In this document: positions 21,367-31,005 of the stretch, one piece after another | Numbering within the stretch: position 1 is the stretch's first letter | How the letters are laid out: every line of letters starts with the position of its first letter | Assembly (NCBI GenBank): GCA_965219455.1 | Contig: OZ244744.1 | Location: 4,736,001-4,800,000, forward strand | Reading direction: 5' to 3' | DNA: 64,000 nucleotides | Source of the DNA: Candidatus Latescibacterota bacterium | GTDB taxonomy: Bacteria > Latescibacterota > UBA2968 > GCA-2709665 | Made by a program: the position numbers and the translations under genes | Notes under the pieces: model-generated | What the model was told of the DNA's origin: nothing | Seen by the model: the letters and a program-made list of their open reading frames with translations, nothing else | The model's database searches: none

Positions 21367-21609
21367 ACACTGAGCATTCCATGCACTAACGGCCAATGGT
21401 ATTGAACCCAGCGTCGAGATGGTCCTGACCTGGGTGGATCTTTCAAGCATATCCACTGAATTGTGGCGATTCAACTCTGGACATGCGTTGTTCAATCGAC
21501 ATGGTCCGGGTTCTACTGTCGAGTCGTGGTGAAGGTCTGAACGCCTGTGGGCCGGCAGTGTACGGCGTGTTACCTCGGGCTTCGGTTTCAGCGACGCCCC
21601 CGAAAGGCG

Positions 21610-21731
21610 TGGATCAGCCAGTATTCCGATGATTATTCGCTCTTCCGTAAAAAACCACTTGAAATCCCATAAAGTGTTGTCACAAACCTTGATGCAAGAT
21701 ACGCAATGCCTGGGCCAATCACAATCCACAC
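21610..21731 (-). repeat. Conserved upstream segment shared with both AAA-ATPase genes
   Basis: GATTATTCGCTCTTC..TAA...ACTTGAAATC...GCAAGATACGCAATGCC also at 32596-32707 and 47704-47816. Confidence 0.75.
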
Positions 21732-21840
21732 ATTTAATTGGCGCGACCGGCGAGTAAACATGGGGAATATAAGGATTATTGCAACCGTGCACGATTAGCG
21801 ATCAAATATCCGGCTTGCTGGAATAGCGCGAAAGGATGGG

Positions 21841-22550
21841 TTACTGGCGCCGGGGGACGTTGCCGTCGTAGGGTCGTTCGCCGCGCACCAGCATCCGGTG
21901 GGGATTCTCCAGGTCGGCGATTTCGTCCACGCTGTGGTAACCCACGGTCATACTCATCCGGGTGCCGTCCGTCTTGTTCTGTCCAACGCCGTGCATGATC
22001 ATGCTGTCGATGACGAGCATGCCGCCTTCAAGCATGGGCACGGGCAGGGCCTGGTCCAGGAGATTTCGTGTCCGCGCTTCGTCGTATAGACGGCCTTTGA
22101 CGCCCGGGAAATGGTGGGAGCCGGGCACGACCAGGGTGCATCCATTTTCCACGGTTGTTTCCTGCAGGTAGAAGATAACGGTGAAGATGGTCCGTGACCA
22201 CTGCCTGACGTCCCGGTGCAAGCCCTCCGGCCGGTTCTCCGAGGCCAGGCGGAGCGTGGCGTGGTTGTGCCGGTTCTTGATGAGTTCTATGTTGGGGCCC
22301 AGAATGGATTCCAGGGGATCCAGGACCAGTGGGCTGGAAGCCGTTTCGAAGAAAACGGGTTCTCTGCCCACCACGGCCGAAATGCGTACGACACGTCCTT
22401 CCCTGTCACGCACGACCGGTTGCACCTCTTCGCGGATGTGCTTCCAAATCGCCTTTTTGAGCTTTTCCACCTGTGCCCCGGGAGCCGGTTTTCCAATTTG
22501 AGGAAGCCGTTGTGGCGAAACAGGTGTACCTGCTCGGATGTGAGTGACAT
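21841..22550 (-). pseudogene. PhyH-family dioxygenase, frameshifted copy of 56234..56941
   Basis: 1-bp deletion near 22475 relative to the intact paralogue; N-terminus MSLTSEQ lies in a different frame from the body. Confidence 0.85.
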
Positions 22551-22671
22551 GGGGGTTTCTCCGGTTGGCGCGGGTGACAAAAGCAATCAGCGAACAGCGA
22601 ACTGCTGTTAGCTTAACCGTTTGGCGATACAGTCTGGCGATATCCAATCGCCGATGTACACGCCGTTATGT

Positions 22672-22695
22672 GGGCGACCGGCCGGTCGCCCCTAC
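22672..22695. repeat. GTAG-type REP palindrome (partial)
   Basis: GGGCGACCGGCCGGTCGCCCCTAC; also at 52721 and 59029. Confidence 0.75.
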
Positions 22696-22872
22696 ACATA
22701 CCGATCGGCGGTCCTGTTGCGACACCTCACGACCGCCCGGTGGATCGGAGGGGGCTTTTCCGCGCTATTCCGTTCAACAACATAGTCCGGGAATGCCTGC
22801 GCAGGCCGCAGGGCAACGGCTTCGCGTTCTTTCCACAGCGGTGGTTCGCGGAAAAGCAGCTCCGCGGCGTCT

Positions 22873-22945
22873 GAGCGGCGCCCTTCTTTTTCGCCCTTTT
22901 TCTTGGGCGATGCAAGAAAAAGGGCAAGGGAATAGGGGACGTTAG
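22873..22945 (+). repeat. 73-bp hairpin repeat, copy 3 (contains empty CGTTAG site)
   Basis: Same core; continues directly into GGAGTGGTGGAACTT. Confidence 0.9.
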
Positions 22946-23112
22946 GGAGTGGTGGAACTTCAACCTCACGGGTACCGAAACGCGGGCATTTCGACAAGCT
23001 CAGCGTAAACAACGCAAGCCACGCGACGAGACAGGACAAATCGGCGCCTGCCTGTGCGTGCTGCCTCACGCACGCAGACAGGGAAGCATGGTGACATCTA
23101 TCTGGGGCGATA

Positions 23113-23250
23113 CTAACCCACGGTCACCGCGACTCGGTGCATCGAATTATTGAGATAGCCTCGCGGGTTCCAGGCGATCGCGTGCGGCTGGCGCACGCAT
23201 TGCGAGTCGGTGGCCCTGGCCCAGACCTCGTAATACCCCTCCTGTGGGAA
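23113..23250 (-). pseudogene. Sulfite oxidase (SorA/SoxC-like) C-terminal fragment
   Basis: YYEVWARATDS...QPHAIAWNPRGYLNNSMHRVAV; longer copy at 62712. Confidence 0.7.
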
Positions 23251-23252
23251 TG

Positions 23253-23530
23253 CGACACTGCTGCGCGCAAAAACACACATTGTCGGGAACAGGTTCTTTG
23301 CATTTGCGAACCATTGTTGTGGCTGTGCGAAAGCCTTCTTCCTCTTTATAGACCCACGCTTGTATATCGCCCGGCTGATTTGTAGAGGGTGCGTCCAAGT
23401 TTGAAAATTCCCTCGAGAAATGGATCAAGGTTTCAAAAACGGGTTTGAATTTCTTCAGGTGTACGCACGACAATATCCATTGGGACAAATTTGGGACGAC
23501 AGATGCGGGCAACCGCGGCACTTCGCGCTG
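23253..23530 (-). pseudogene. Truncated second copy of the MNT-HEPN junction
   Basis: 'RSAAVARICRPKFVPMDIVVRTPEEIQTRF*' and 'NQPGDIQAWVYK...VCFCAQQC' match the 20930-21190 region. Confidence 0.85.
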
Positions 23531-23593
23531 AACTGTCCAGGGGCGGACGGACCGAGGTCTTGATCCGGGCGCTCAGTGTCGCCCTGCAGCTTG

Positions 23594-23961
23594 CCGCGTC
23601 GGCGCATCCGTCTGGAGACAGGATCAAGGAGACCCTTCGCAGGCGACAGGGTGAAATGCATGCGAGAATCTGCCCGGAATGTATATAAATACGGAAAAAG
23701 TAGATAAATACGTAAAATATTAATGATTGGATTAATATGAGTTAATAGTTATATTTTAAATTCTGCGTTTCGCGTGCCGGACGACAGGGCATTGTGATTC
23801 GTTGGTGAAGGGCTGACCAGCCAAATAAAGAGACCGTGGGTTGCCTGACCTGCCAGAGTCGAAAACCGACGGTTATCCAGGAAGGCGCACACCCTTTCTG
23901 TTCCTGGCGCTTTTGTTCCATGAGACAGGATGTGGCCCTCGTTCTGGAATATAGAGTTCCC
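23594..23961 (+). promoter_or_regulatory. Conserved 368-bp upstream leader, copy 1
   Basis: Near-identical at 32858-33225 and 47968-48335; AT-rich core followed by stem-loops. Confidence 0.8.
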
Positions 23962-24981
23962 ATGATGTCATTTCAAATGCAGCGACGGGCAATTGAGCGT
24001 TGTGCAACCCGACCGCGAACGAAATTACCTGCGACGAGGTTTTTCCGGCTCACATCCGGCATCGCGGGCCTATTGATCCTTTTGCTTCTGACGTCCCCGT
24101 GGTCGCCATCCACGCAGCCGGCCGGCTTTTCGCTCGCTCTGGACCTTGACGATGCCGCTGGCGACCAGGGCGTATCCTCTCTTGACGTCTCTCCCGACCA
24201 GGTGGTTTCCGTACAGATTTTAGGCACGGATATTCAGAATGCCAGCGGCATTTCCGTGCGCTTCCGATACGATGGGACCCAGGTTGCGTACGAAGGCTTC
24301 GACCTTGGCGAGGCGTTGCCCAATGCCAATGCGCTTGTCGAACAGGATTCGGATTCGGTCCGCATCGGGGTTTCGTCGTTGAGTGGATCGGCAACGGTGA
24401 ACGCGGGATTGATCGGCGCCGTGCATTTTCGCACCACGGCTTTGTTTTCAGATACGGAGATCTGGCTGGTAAGCGCGGAACTATCCCGGGGTGGGCAGCC
24501 GGAGACGATATCTCCCGCCCTCGGGGTCGCGCTGCAGGTGGCCGCGCCCGTTTCCCCGGACTTCGACGGCAACGGGCTTGTGGGTTTTTCCGACTTTGTG
24601 GCCTTTGCCGGCGCCTTCGGCGCCAGGAAGGGGGACGGGAAGTATGAGGCGGTGTACGATCTGAACACCGACGGCGGCATCGCCTTCGACGATTTCGTGA
24701 TTTTTGCTAAAGGCTTCGGCGATACAGTCAATCGCGCGCCCGCGTTTGGCGCCGCGCCTCCGGTCACGCGCTCAGTGGAAGAGAATACGCCGGCGGGCCA
24801 GCGCCTCGGCGATCCCGTCACCGCTACCGATGCTGATAACGACTCCCTCACGTACCGCCTGCGCGGCGTGCACGCGGACCGTTTTTTTCCATTGGCGCGG
24901 GCACGGGTCAGCTTGTCACAAAGGAGGGGATTGCCTACGACCACGAAGGCAGGGACGCGTATACCGTCACCGTGCGGGTGA
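23962..24981 (+). CDS. Modular surface protein 1, N-terminal part (signal, cohesin-like, dockerin-like); frameshifted at T7
   Basis: EF-hand pair DFDGNGLVGFSDF / DLNTDGGIAFDDF; homology to paralogues changes frame at 24882-24888. Confidence 0.8.
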   Translation: MMSFQMQRRAIERCATRPRTKLPATRFFRLTSGIAGLLILLLLTSPWSPSTQPAGFSLALDLDDAAGDQGVSSLDVSPDQVVSVQILGTDIQNASGISVRFRYDGTQVAYEGFDLGEALPNANALVEQDSDSVRIGVSSLSGSATVNAGLIGAVHFRTTALFSDTEIWLVSAELSRGGQPETISPALGVALQVAAPVSPDFDGNGLVGFSDFVAFAGAFGARKGDGKYEAVYDLNTDGGIAFDDFVIFAKGFGDTVNRAPAFGAAPPVTRSVEENTPAGQRLGDPVTATDADNDSLTYRLRGVHADRFFPLARARVSLSQRRGLPTTTKAGTRIPSPCG

Positions 24982-27911
24982 CCGACGGGCAGGGGGGCCG
25001 CGCCACGGTTGTGGTGGGTATCGCCGTGACCGACGTGGACGAACCCCCCTCCGGGCCGCCAGAGGGCGTGGTGGCGGCGCCTCGCGACACGGCATTGACG
25101 GTGACCTGGACAGCGGCGCCCGACGAGGCGGGCAAGCCTCCCGTGAGCGGATACGAGGTGACGCATCGGACCGGAGACGGCGGTGAATGGTTGGAAGGAC
25201 TGATCGTGGACAGCCGCACGGATACGAGCGCCATGCTGACCGGTCTGACCAACGAACAACTGTATCAGGTACGCGTGCGCACGTTGAACGACGAGGGCGC
25301 CAGTGAGTGGTCGATGACCGCATCTGGCGCGCCCACCGGGGGTCCGGAGGTGGTGGGTGTCATCCCCGACCAGAACCTGATCGTGGGCGGGTCCGCTGTC
25401 GGTGTAAACGTGGCAAACGCGTTTACCCGACCCGCGCAGGGGACGCTGAGCTACGCGGCGGCATCGTCTAATGACGCTGTTGCGACGGTGAGCGTGTTGG
25501 ATTCCATCGCCACGGTGCGCCCCGTGGGTGCGGGTCGCGCCACCATCACCGTGACTGCCGGCGACCAGTACGGCAACGCCGTGCAGACGGCCTTCTCCGC
25601 TGTCGTGACGCCACCGGCCCCACCACCGCCACCACCCCCGCCGCCAGGACCCATCGGGCCATTCCGGCCGCCACCGCCACGCCCGCCACCGCCGCCCCCG
25701 CCGGGTCCCAATCAGGCCCCGACCTTCGACGAGGGCCCGAGCGCCACCCGCAGCGTAGCTGAAAACACGGCGGCAGGTCAAAACATCCAGCATCCGGTGA
25801 GCGCCACCGATGCCGACCGTCACAGCCTGACCTATCGCCTCGGCGGGAACGATGCCGGTTCATTCGCCATCATCGCAAGCAACGGTCAGCTTCGCACCCG
25901 GGCGGGGGAGACCTACGACTACGAGACGAGGGTCAGCTATTCGGTGACGGTGGAAGCCGACGACCGCAACGGCGGCATTGCCGCCATTGACGTAACGATC
26001 CACGTGGCCGACTTCGACGAACCGCCCGAAGCTCCGGCGCGGCCCCGGGTCGAGCCGGCTTCTTCGACCAGCCTGACCGTGACCTGGACCGAGCCGGTCA
26101 ACATCGGTCCCGCCGTCGACGACTACGACGTGCAATATCGGACGGGCGCCGGCAGCTTCCTCCCCTGGCAACACAACACCGGCACGACCACGACGATAAC
26201 GAACCTGGAGGTGAACAAGCAGTACGAGGTACAGGTGCGTGCGACCAACGACGAAGGCACGGGTGCATGGTCCTCCTCGGGTTTCGGCGCCACCAGCGCC
26301 AATCAGCCGCCGGTGTTCGACGAGGGAGGCACCGCCACGCGTACCCTTGCCGAGAACACGCCCGGTGGCCACGACGTCGGCAACCCGGTAAGAGCGACCG
26401 ATCCCGAGGGCCGCGCGGTGACTTACAGCCTCTCCGGACGGGACGCAAGCGCGTTCACCCTCGACGAAGACAACGGTCAGCTGCGCACACGGAACAGCGT
26501 GGATTACAACTACGAGGTGAAAAATCGGTATGCGGTGACGGTGGAAGCAGCCGACGAGCAGGGCGGCCGCGCCACCATCGCGGTGACGATTGACGTAACT
26601 GATGACGACAACGAGCCGCCGGACAAACCCGATCCGCCCACAGTGTCGGCCTCGACGTTGACGAATCTGACCATAGGGTGGACAGAGCCGAGCAATACCG
26701 GTCCGCCCATCACCGATTACAATGTGCAATACCGTGAAGGGAGTAGCGGCGCCTTCACTTCCGTGTCACACGATGGCACGGGCAGGACCACGACGATTGC
26801 GAACCTGAAGTCGAACACCACCTATCAGATTCAGGTGCAGGCGACCAGTGATGAAGGCACGAGCCTGTGGTCGGATTCGGGCAATGGGACGACCATTGCC
26901 AACCAGGCGCCCACGTTCAGCGAAGGATCGAGCGCCACCCGCAGGTTGGCTGAGAACACGACGGGCACGCAGGACGTCGGCAATCCGGTAACCGCCACCG
27001 ACGGTGACGGCGGGACACTGCGCTACCTCCTTGGAGGCACGGACCAGTCCTCCTTCACTCTCGATGTGAACCAGCTTCAGACGGTAGCGGGCGAAACCTA
27101 CGACTACGAGGAGAAAAGCAGCTACGTCGTGACCGTGCGCGTAGAAGACGGTCAGGGCGGCAGCAATACCATCGAGGTGGCGATCAACCTGATAGACCAA
27201 CAGGAGCCGCCCGAGGCCCCGTCAGCACCCAGCGTCTCAGCGGCCTCATCAACCAGCCTGACCGTGACCTGGGATGAGCCGGCCAACACCGGTCCCGACA
27301 TCGGCGACTACGATGTGCAATACCGAGAAGGGGACAGCGGAAACTTTACCTCCTGGACACACAACAGCGCGGAACGCACCGCGACCATCACCGGTCGGAG
27401 CCCGGGCACGAGCTATGAGGTGCAGGTGCGAGCGCGCAACGACGAAGGCACGAGCGCCTGGTCCCCGTCGGGCACGGGAAGCACCGGCGCCAACCAGCCC
27501 CCGGTCTTCAACGAAGGATCGAGCGCCATCCGCCGCCTCGACGAGAACACCACGGGCGTGCAGGACGTCGGCGATCCGATAAGCGCCACCGACCCGGAGA
27601 ACACCCCCCTGACCTACGGCCTCGAAGGCACGGACAAAGATGCCTTCACCATTGACACGGGTAGTGGTCAACTTCGGACCAAATTGGATCAGACCTACGA
27701 TTACGAGACGAAGCCCCGCTATGTCCTGAGTGTCAAAGCAACCGACGGGCACGGCCGCGATCGCACCATCCTCGTGTTGATAAACCTGAACGACGTCAAC
27801 GAGCCGCCGGCGTTCACCAGCGACGCGGCTTTCGAGACGGTAGAAAATGCCACGACGGTCGGCGCAGCGGTCGCCCGTGATGAGGATAGTGCCGACAGCA
27901 TCATCGGCTAA
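24972..27911 (+). CDS. Modular surface protein 1, middle part (cadherin/FN3 repeats, poly-Pro)
   Basis: Cadherin motifs (ENT..G, ATDAD, YDYE, DVDEPP) alternate with FN3 motifs (LTVTW..P, Y.VQVRA.N.EG...WS); ends at an in-frame TAA. Confidence 0.85.
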   Translation: MRVTDGQGGRATVVVGIAVTDVDEPPSGPPEGVVAAPRDTALTVTWTAAPDEAGKPPVSGYEVTHRTGDGGEWLEGLIVDSRTDTSAMLTGLTNEQLYQVRVRTLNDEGASEWSMTASGAPTGGPEVVGVIPDQNLIVGGSAVGVNVANAFTRPAQGTLSYAAASSNDAVATVSVLDSIATVRPVGAGRATITVTAGDQYGNAVQTAFSAVVTPPAPPPPPPPPPGPIGPFRPPPPRPPPPPPPGPNQAPTFDEGPSATRSVAENTAAGQNIQHPVSATDADRHSLTYRLGGNDAGSFAIIASNGQLRTRAGETYDYETRVSYSVTVEADDRNGGIAAIDVTIHVADFDEPPEAPARPRVEPASSTSLTVTWTEPVNIGPAVDDYDVQYRTGAGSFLPWQHNTGTTTTITNLEVNKQYEVQVRATNDEGTGAWSSSGFGATSANQPPVFDEGGTATRTLAENTPGGHDVGNPVRATDPEGRAVTYSLSGRDASAFTLDEDNGQLRTRNSVDYNYEVKNRYAVTVEAADEQGGRATIAVTIDVTDDDNEPPDKPDPPTVSASTLTNLTIGWTEPSNTGPPITDYNVQYREGSSGAFTSVSHDGTGRTTTIANLKSNTTYQIQVQATSDEGTSLWSDSGNGTTIANQAPTFSEGSSATRRLAENTTGTQDVGNPVTATDGDGGTLRYLLGGTDQSSFTLDVNQLQTVAGETYDYEEKSSYVVTVRVEDGQGGSNTIEVAINLIDQQEPPEAPSAPSVSAASSTSLTVTWDEPANTGPDIGDYDVQYREGDSGNFTSWTHNSAERTATITGRSPGTSYEVQVRARNDEGTSAWSPSGTGSTGANQPPVFNEGSSAIRRLDENTTGVQDVGDPISATDPENTPLTYGLEGTDKDAFTIDTGSGQLRTKLDQTYDYETKPRYVLSVKATDGHGRDRTILVLINLNDVNEPPAFTSDAAFETVENATTVGAAVARDEDSADSIIG

Positions 27912-27965
27912 ACCCTCACCGGAGGCACCGACCGCGACCGGTTCGAGATCGACAGCGCAGGCGCG

Positions 27966-30305
27966 TTGACCTTCAAAGATGCTCCCAACTTCGAGGATCC
28001 CGCGGACAATGGCAGAAATAACTCATACATCGTGGTGGTCACAGCGACCGGCGGCGCGGGAGGCCGCGCCCTGACCGTAGCGCAGACGATCACCGTCACC
28101 GTCACCGACGTGAACGAACCGCCGGTCTTCACCAGTGACAATTCCCTGCAGGTCAAGGAAAACATCCGTTTTGTCGGCCCGGTAGTCGCCGAGGATGTCG
28201 ATAGTGGCGATGGCATCACCGGCTACGCGATCACCGGCGGAGCCGACGGGAGCCGCTTCGAGATCGCCGGCACGAACCAGTTGCGCTTCAAGGACGCCCC
28301 CGACTTCGAGCGTCCGGCGGATGCGGGGGGCGACAACGAAAACATCGTGGAGGTCACGGCGACCGGCGGCGCCGGGACCCGGGAGATGACGGGAACGCAG
28401 ACGATCACCGTCACCGTGGAGGACGTCGACGAACCGCCGGGCAGGCCTGATCCGGCGACGGTGAGCAACGAGACGGAAAACAGCATCACCGTGACCTGGA
28501 CCGAGCCGGCCAACACCGGGCCCGACGTCACCAATTACCATGTGCAATACCGCGACAGCGGCGCCTTCACCGATTGGCCGGACACCGGCCCGTCCCTGAC
28601 CCGCACGCTCACCGGCCTGCGCTCGGGCAGCACCTACCAGATCCGGGTACAGGCGGAGAACGACGAAGGGAAGGGTGCGTGGTCCAATTCGGCCAACGGG
28701 ACGACGCTCACCGGGCCGTCGCCAACTATAACTTTACTTCGAGGTCCCTATCTGCAGAGCGGGACGTCGTCGAGCGTCATCATCAAGTGGCGAACGGACG
28801 ACGCGACCGATAGCGTTGTGCGGTACGGCCTCGACCCGAACAGCTTGACGCTGTCGGCATCGAACGCCACCTCCACAACCGAGCACGCAGTGCAGCTCAC
28901 GGGCTTGTCCGCCGACGTCAAGTACTTCTATTCCGTGGGCACCTCATCGGTCACGCTGGCTGGCGGAGACAGCGATCATTTCGTCGTCACTGCTCCCGTC
29001 CCCGGGACGGCGAAGCCGACGCGAATCTGGGTCATCGGAGATTCCGGCACCGCCAACAGGAATGCCAGAGCCGTCCGGGATGCCTTTCTAAATTTCACGG
29101 GGTCGCGCGACCCGGACCTCTGGATCATGTTGGGCGACAACGCCTATGACGACGGAACCGACAATGAGTACCGGAAGGCGGTTTTCAATACCTACCCGCA
29201 GGTGCTGCCCAGGACCGTGCTCTGGCCGACGCTCGGAAACCATGACGGCCGCACAGCCGACTCAACCACCGAAAGTGGTCCCTATTACGAGATCTTTTCG
29301 CTCCCTCGCAACGGCGAAGCCGGCGGAGTCGCCTCAGGGACGGAAGCCTATTACTCCTTCGACTACGGGAATATGCATTTCATCTGCCTGGATTCCAAGA
29401 AAACCGACCGCTCGGCGGACGGGGCGATGATGACCTGGCTGGAAGCGGATTTAGCGGCGAACGACAGGGAATGGGTCATCGCGTTCTGGCACCACCCCCC
29501 CTATTCCAAGGGATCGGCCGACTCCGACGAGCAATGGGGCTCGATTCTCCTGCGGCAGAACGCCGTGCCCATTCTCGAGCGGTACGGCGTCGATCTGGTG
29601 CTCACCGGGCATAGTCACTCCTACGAGCGTTCCTATCTTATTGATGGCCATTACGAGCTGTCCGACACCTTTACCGACGCCATGGAGAAGAATCCCGGCG
29701 ACGGCAGCGCAACAGGCGATGGGGCCTATCAGAAGCCCGTGGCGGTTGGCGCGCCGCACGCCGGCGCCGTGTACGTAGTAGCCGGGACCGCGGGCCTCGT
29801 CAAACCAGGAGGGTCGCTGGACCACCCGGCGATGGCCGTTTCGATCAGGACTCTGGGGTCAATGGTGCTCGACGTGAACGGGCGCCGTCTTGACGCCATA
29901 TTCCTGGATAGTACCGGGAACATCCGGGACGACTTCACGATCCTGAAGGTCCCTGATACGATCTCGCCGCAGATTTCGTCGGTGCAAGCGCAAGGCACGC
30001 CCACCCAAGCGGTCGTCACTTTTTCCGAGTACGTTGAACAAGCCAGCGCCGAGACAGCCTCGAACTACGCCATCGACAACGGCGTGACCGTCAGTGCGGC
30101 CGGCCTGGGAGACGACGGCAGAACGGTGACTCTGACCACGACGCCCCTTACCCAGGGGATTACCTACACCCTTACGGTCAATAACGTTGTTGACCTGGCC
30201 GGCAATCCTATCGCTACCGATTCGCAGGAGCAGTTTCAGTACAACAACATCACGGGTTCTATTCAAGACGGAGTTGCGCCCACAGCGGGCTACGGGGAGC
30301 CTTAG
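27966..30305 (+). CDS. Modular surface protein 1, C-terminal part: cadherin, FN3, purple-acid-phosphatase-like metallophosphoesterase, Ig-like
   Basis: GDSG, GDNAY, GNHD and GHSH metallophosphoesterase motifs; in frame with the upstream ORF. Confidence 0.85.
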   Translation: MTFKDAPNFEDPADNGRNNSYIVVVTATGGAGGRALTVAQTITVTVTDVNEPPVFTSDNSLQVKENIRFVGPVVAEDVDSGDGITGYAITGGADGSRFEIAGTNQLRFKDAPDFERPADAGGDNENIVEVTATGGAGTREMTGTQTITVTVEDVDEPPGRPDPATVSNETENSITVTWTEPANTGPDVTNYHVQYRDSGAFTDWPDTGPSLTRTLTGLRSGSTYQIRVQAENDEGKGAWSNSANGTTLTGPSPTITLLRGPYLQSGTSSSVIIKWRTDDATDSVVRYGLDPNSLTLSASNATSTTEHAVQLTGLSADVKYFYSVGTSSVTLAGGDSDHFVVTAPVPGTAKPTRIWVIGDSGTANRNARAVRDAFLNFTGSRDPDLWIMLGDNAYDDGTDNEYRKAVFNTYPQVLPRTVLWPTLGNHDGRTADSTTESGPYYEIFSLPRNGEAGGVASGTEAYYSFDYGNMHFICLDSKKTDRSADGAMMTWLEADLAANDREWVIAFWHHPPYSKGSADSDEQWGSILLRQNAVPILERYGVDLVLTGHSHSYERSYLIDGHYELSDTFTDAMEKNPGDGSATGDGAYQKPVAVGAPHAGAVYVVAGTAGLVKPGGSLDHPAMAVSIRTLGSMVLDVNGRRLDAIFLDSTGNIRDDFTILKVPDTISPQISSVQAQGTPTQAVVTFSEYVEQASAETASNYAIDNGVTVSAAGLGDDGRTVTLTTTPLTQGITYTLTVNNVVDLAGNPIATDSQEQFQYNNITGSIQDGVAPTAGYGEP

Positions 30306-30309
30306 CTGA

Positions 30310-30880
30310 TTGGTTGCGATTACGGTGGGCGTTCGAGGGTATCGCCGCGCTGCTGAAAGACCCGATCAAGGGTTCCACACCACCGCAGCCGTCACCGTCG
30401 ATATCGGATTCTTGCCGCCACTGCCCTCAGACTATTTCGGATACATGTTGGTCAAATCCGCGGACTTGCCGCTGGAAGCAATTGCTGCCGAAGCCGTAAC
30501 GGTCTATCCGACGAGGCTCAGCCTGCCCGAAGACGGCAGCAACACCTGCTCGGTTGTGCTGAACGTGCAGCCAACCGCAGACGACGTGCAGGTCACTGTT
30601 CTGGAGATGCCCGACAATGCCAATGCCCCGCCGGTTTTCACCAGTGAATCCACCTTCGAGGTTGACGAAAACGAAACCATGGCCGGCACGGTAATCGCCA
30701 CGGATGCCGACGTCAGGGACTACGTCACCGGCTACGCGTTAACCGGCGGCGACGACCAGGCGCTGTTCTCAGTCAGCCGCCTGGGCGCTTTGACCTTCGA
30801 TGGAAATGGCGCGGGCGAGTGGTCTCCCTCCGCCGAGGCGACGCCCAGCAACAGGAGACCGACAGGGGAGAGCCTTTTCG
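30310..30880 (+). pseudogene. Decayed mosaic of surface-protein modules
   Basis: 'AAVTVDIG.LP.LPS...GY.LVKS.DLPLE', 'PVFTS...ENET..GTV.ATDAD.RD.VTGY' and 'EWSPS.EAT' match non-contiguous parts of protein 2. Confidence 0.7.
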
Positions 30881-31005
30881 CACCCGACGATCTGGTGGCT
30901 ACAGCCGGGGGCGCCGTCCCTGCGGTGTGCTGCTATGCGGATGTCGTGCCGCGCGTGGTCAGTTGTAAACCGTTCACTCGCCTTCACACGCCTTTCATGC
31001 TTCGC

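Noticed and set aside
22544-22945. Repeated small ORFs ending SGALLFRPFSWAMQEKGQGNRGR
   Set aside because: They are translations of the palindromic 73-bp DNA repeat, with inconsistent starts.
23836-23961. N-terminal extension MGCLTCQSRK... and antisense ORF MGTLYSRTR... repeated three times
   Set aside because: Explained by the triplicated leader. Paralogues 3 and 5 lack it, and the signal peptide lies downstream.
27909-27911. Genome-wide TAA reassignment
   Set aside because: TAA ends ordinary genes at family-typical lengths (741, 3092, 6154, 12914, 17516).
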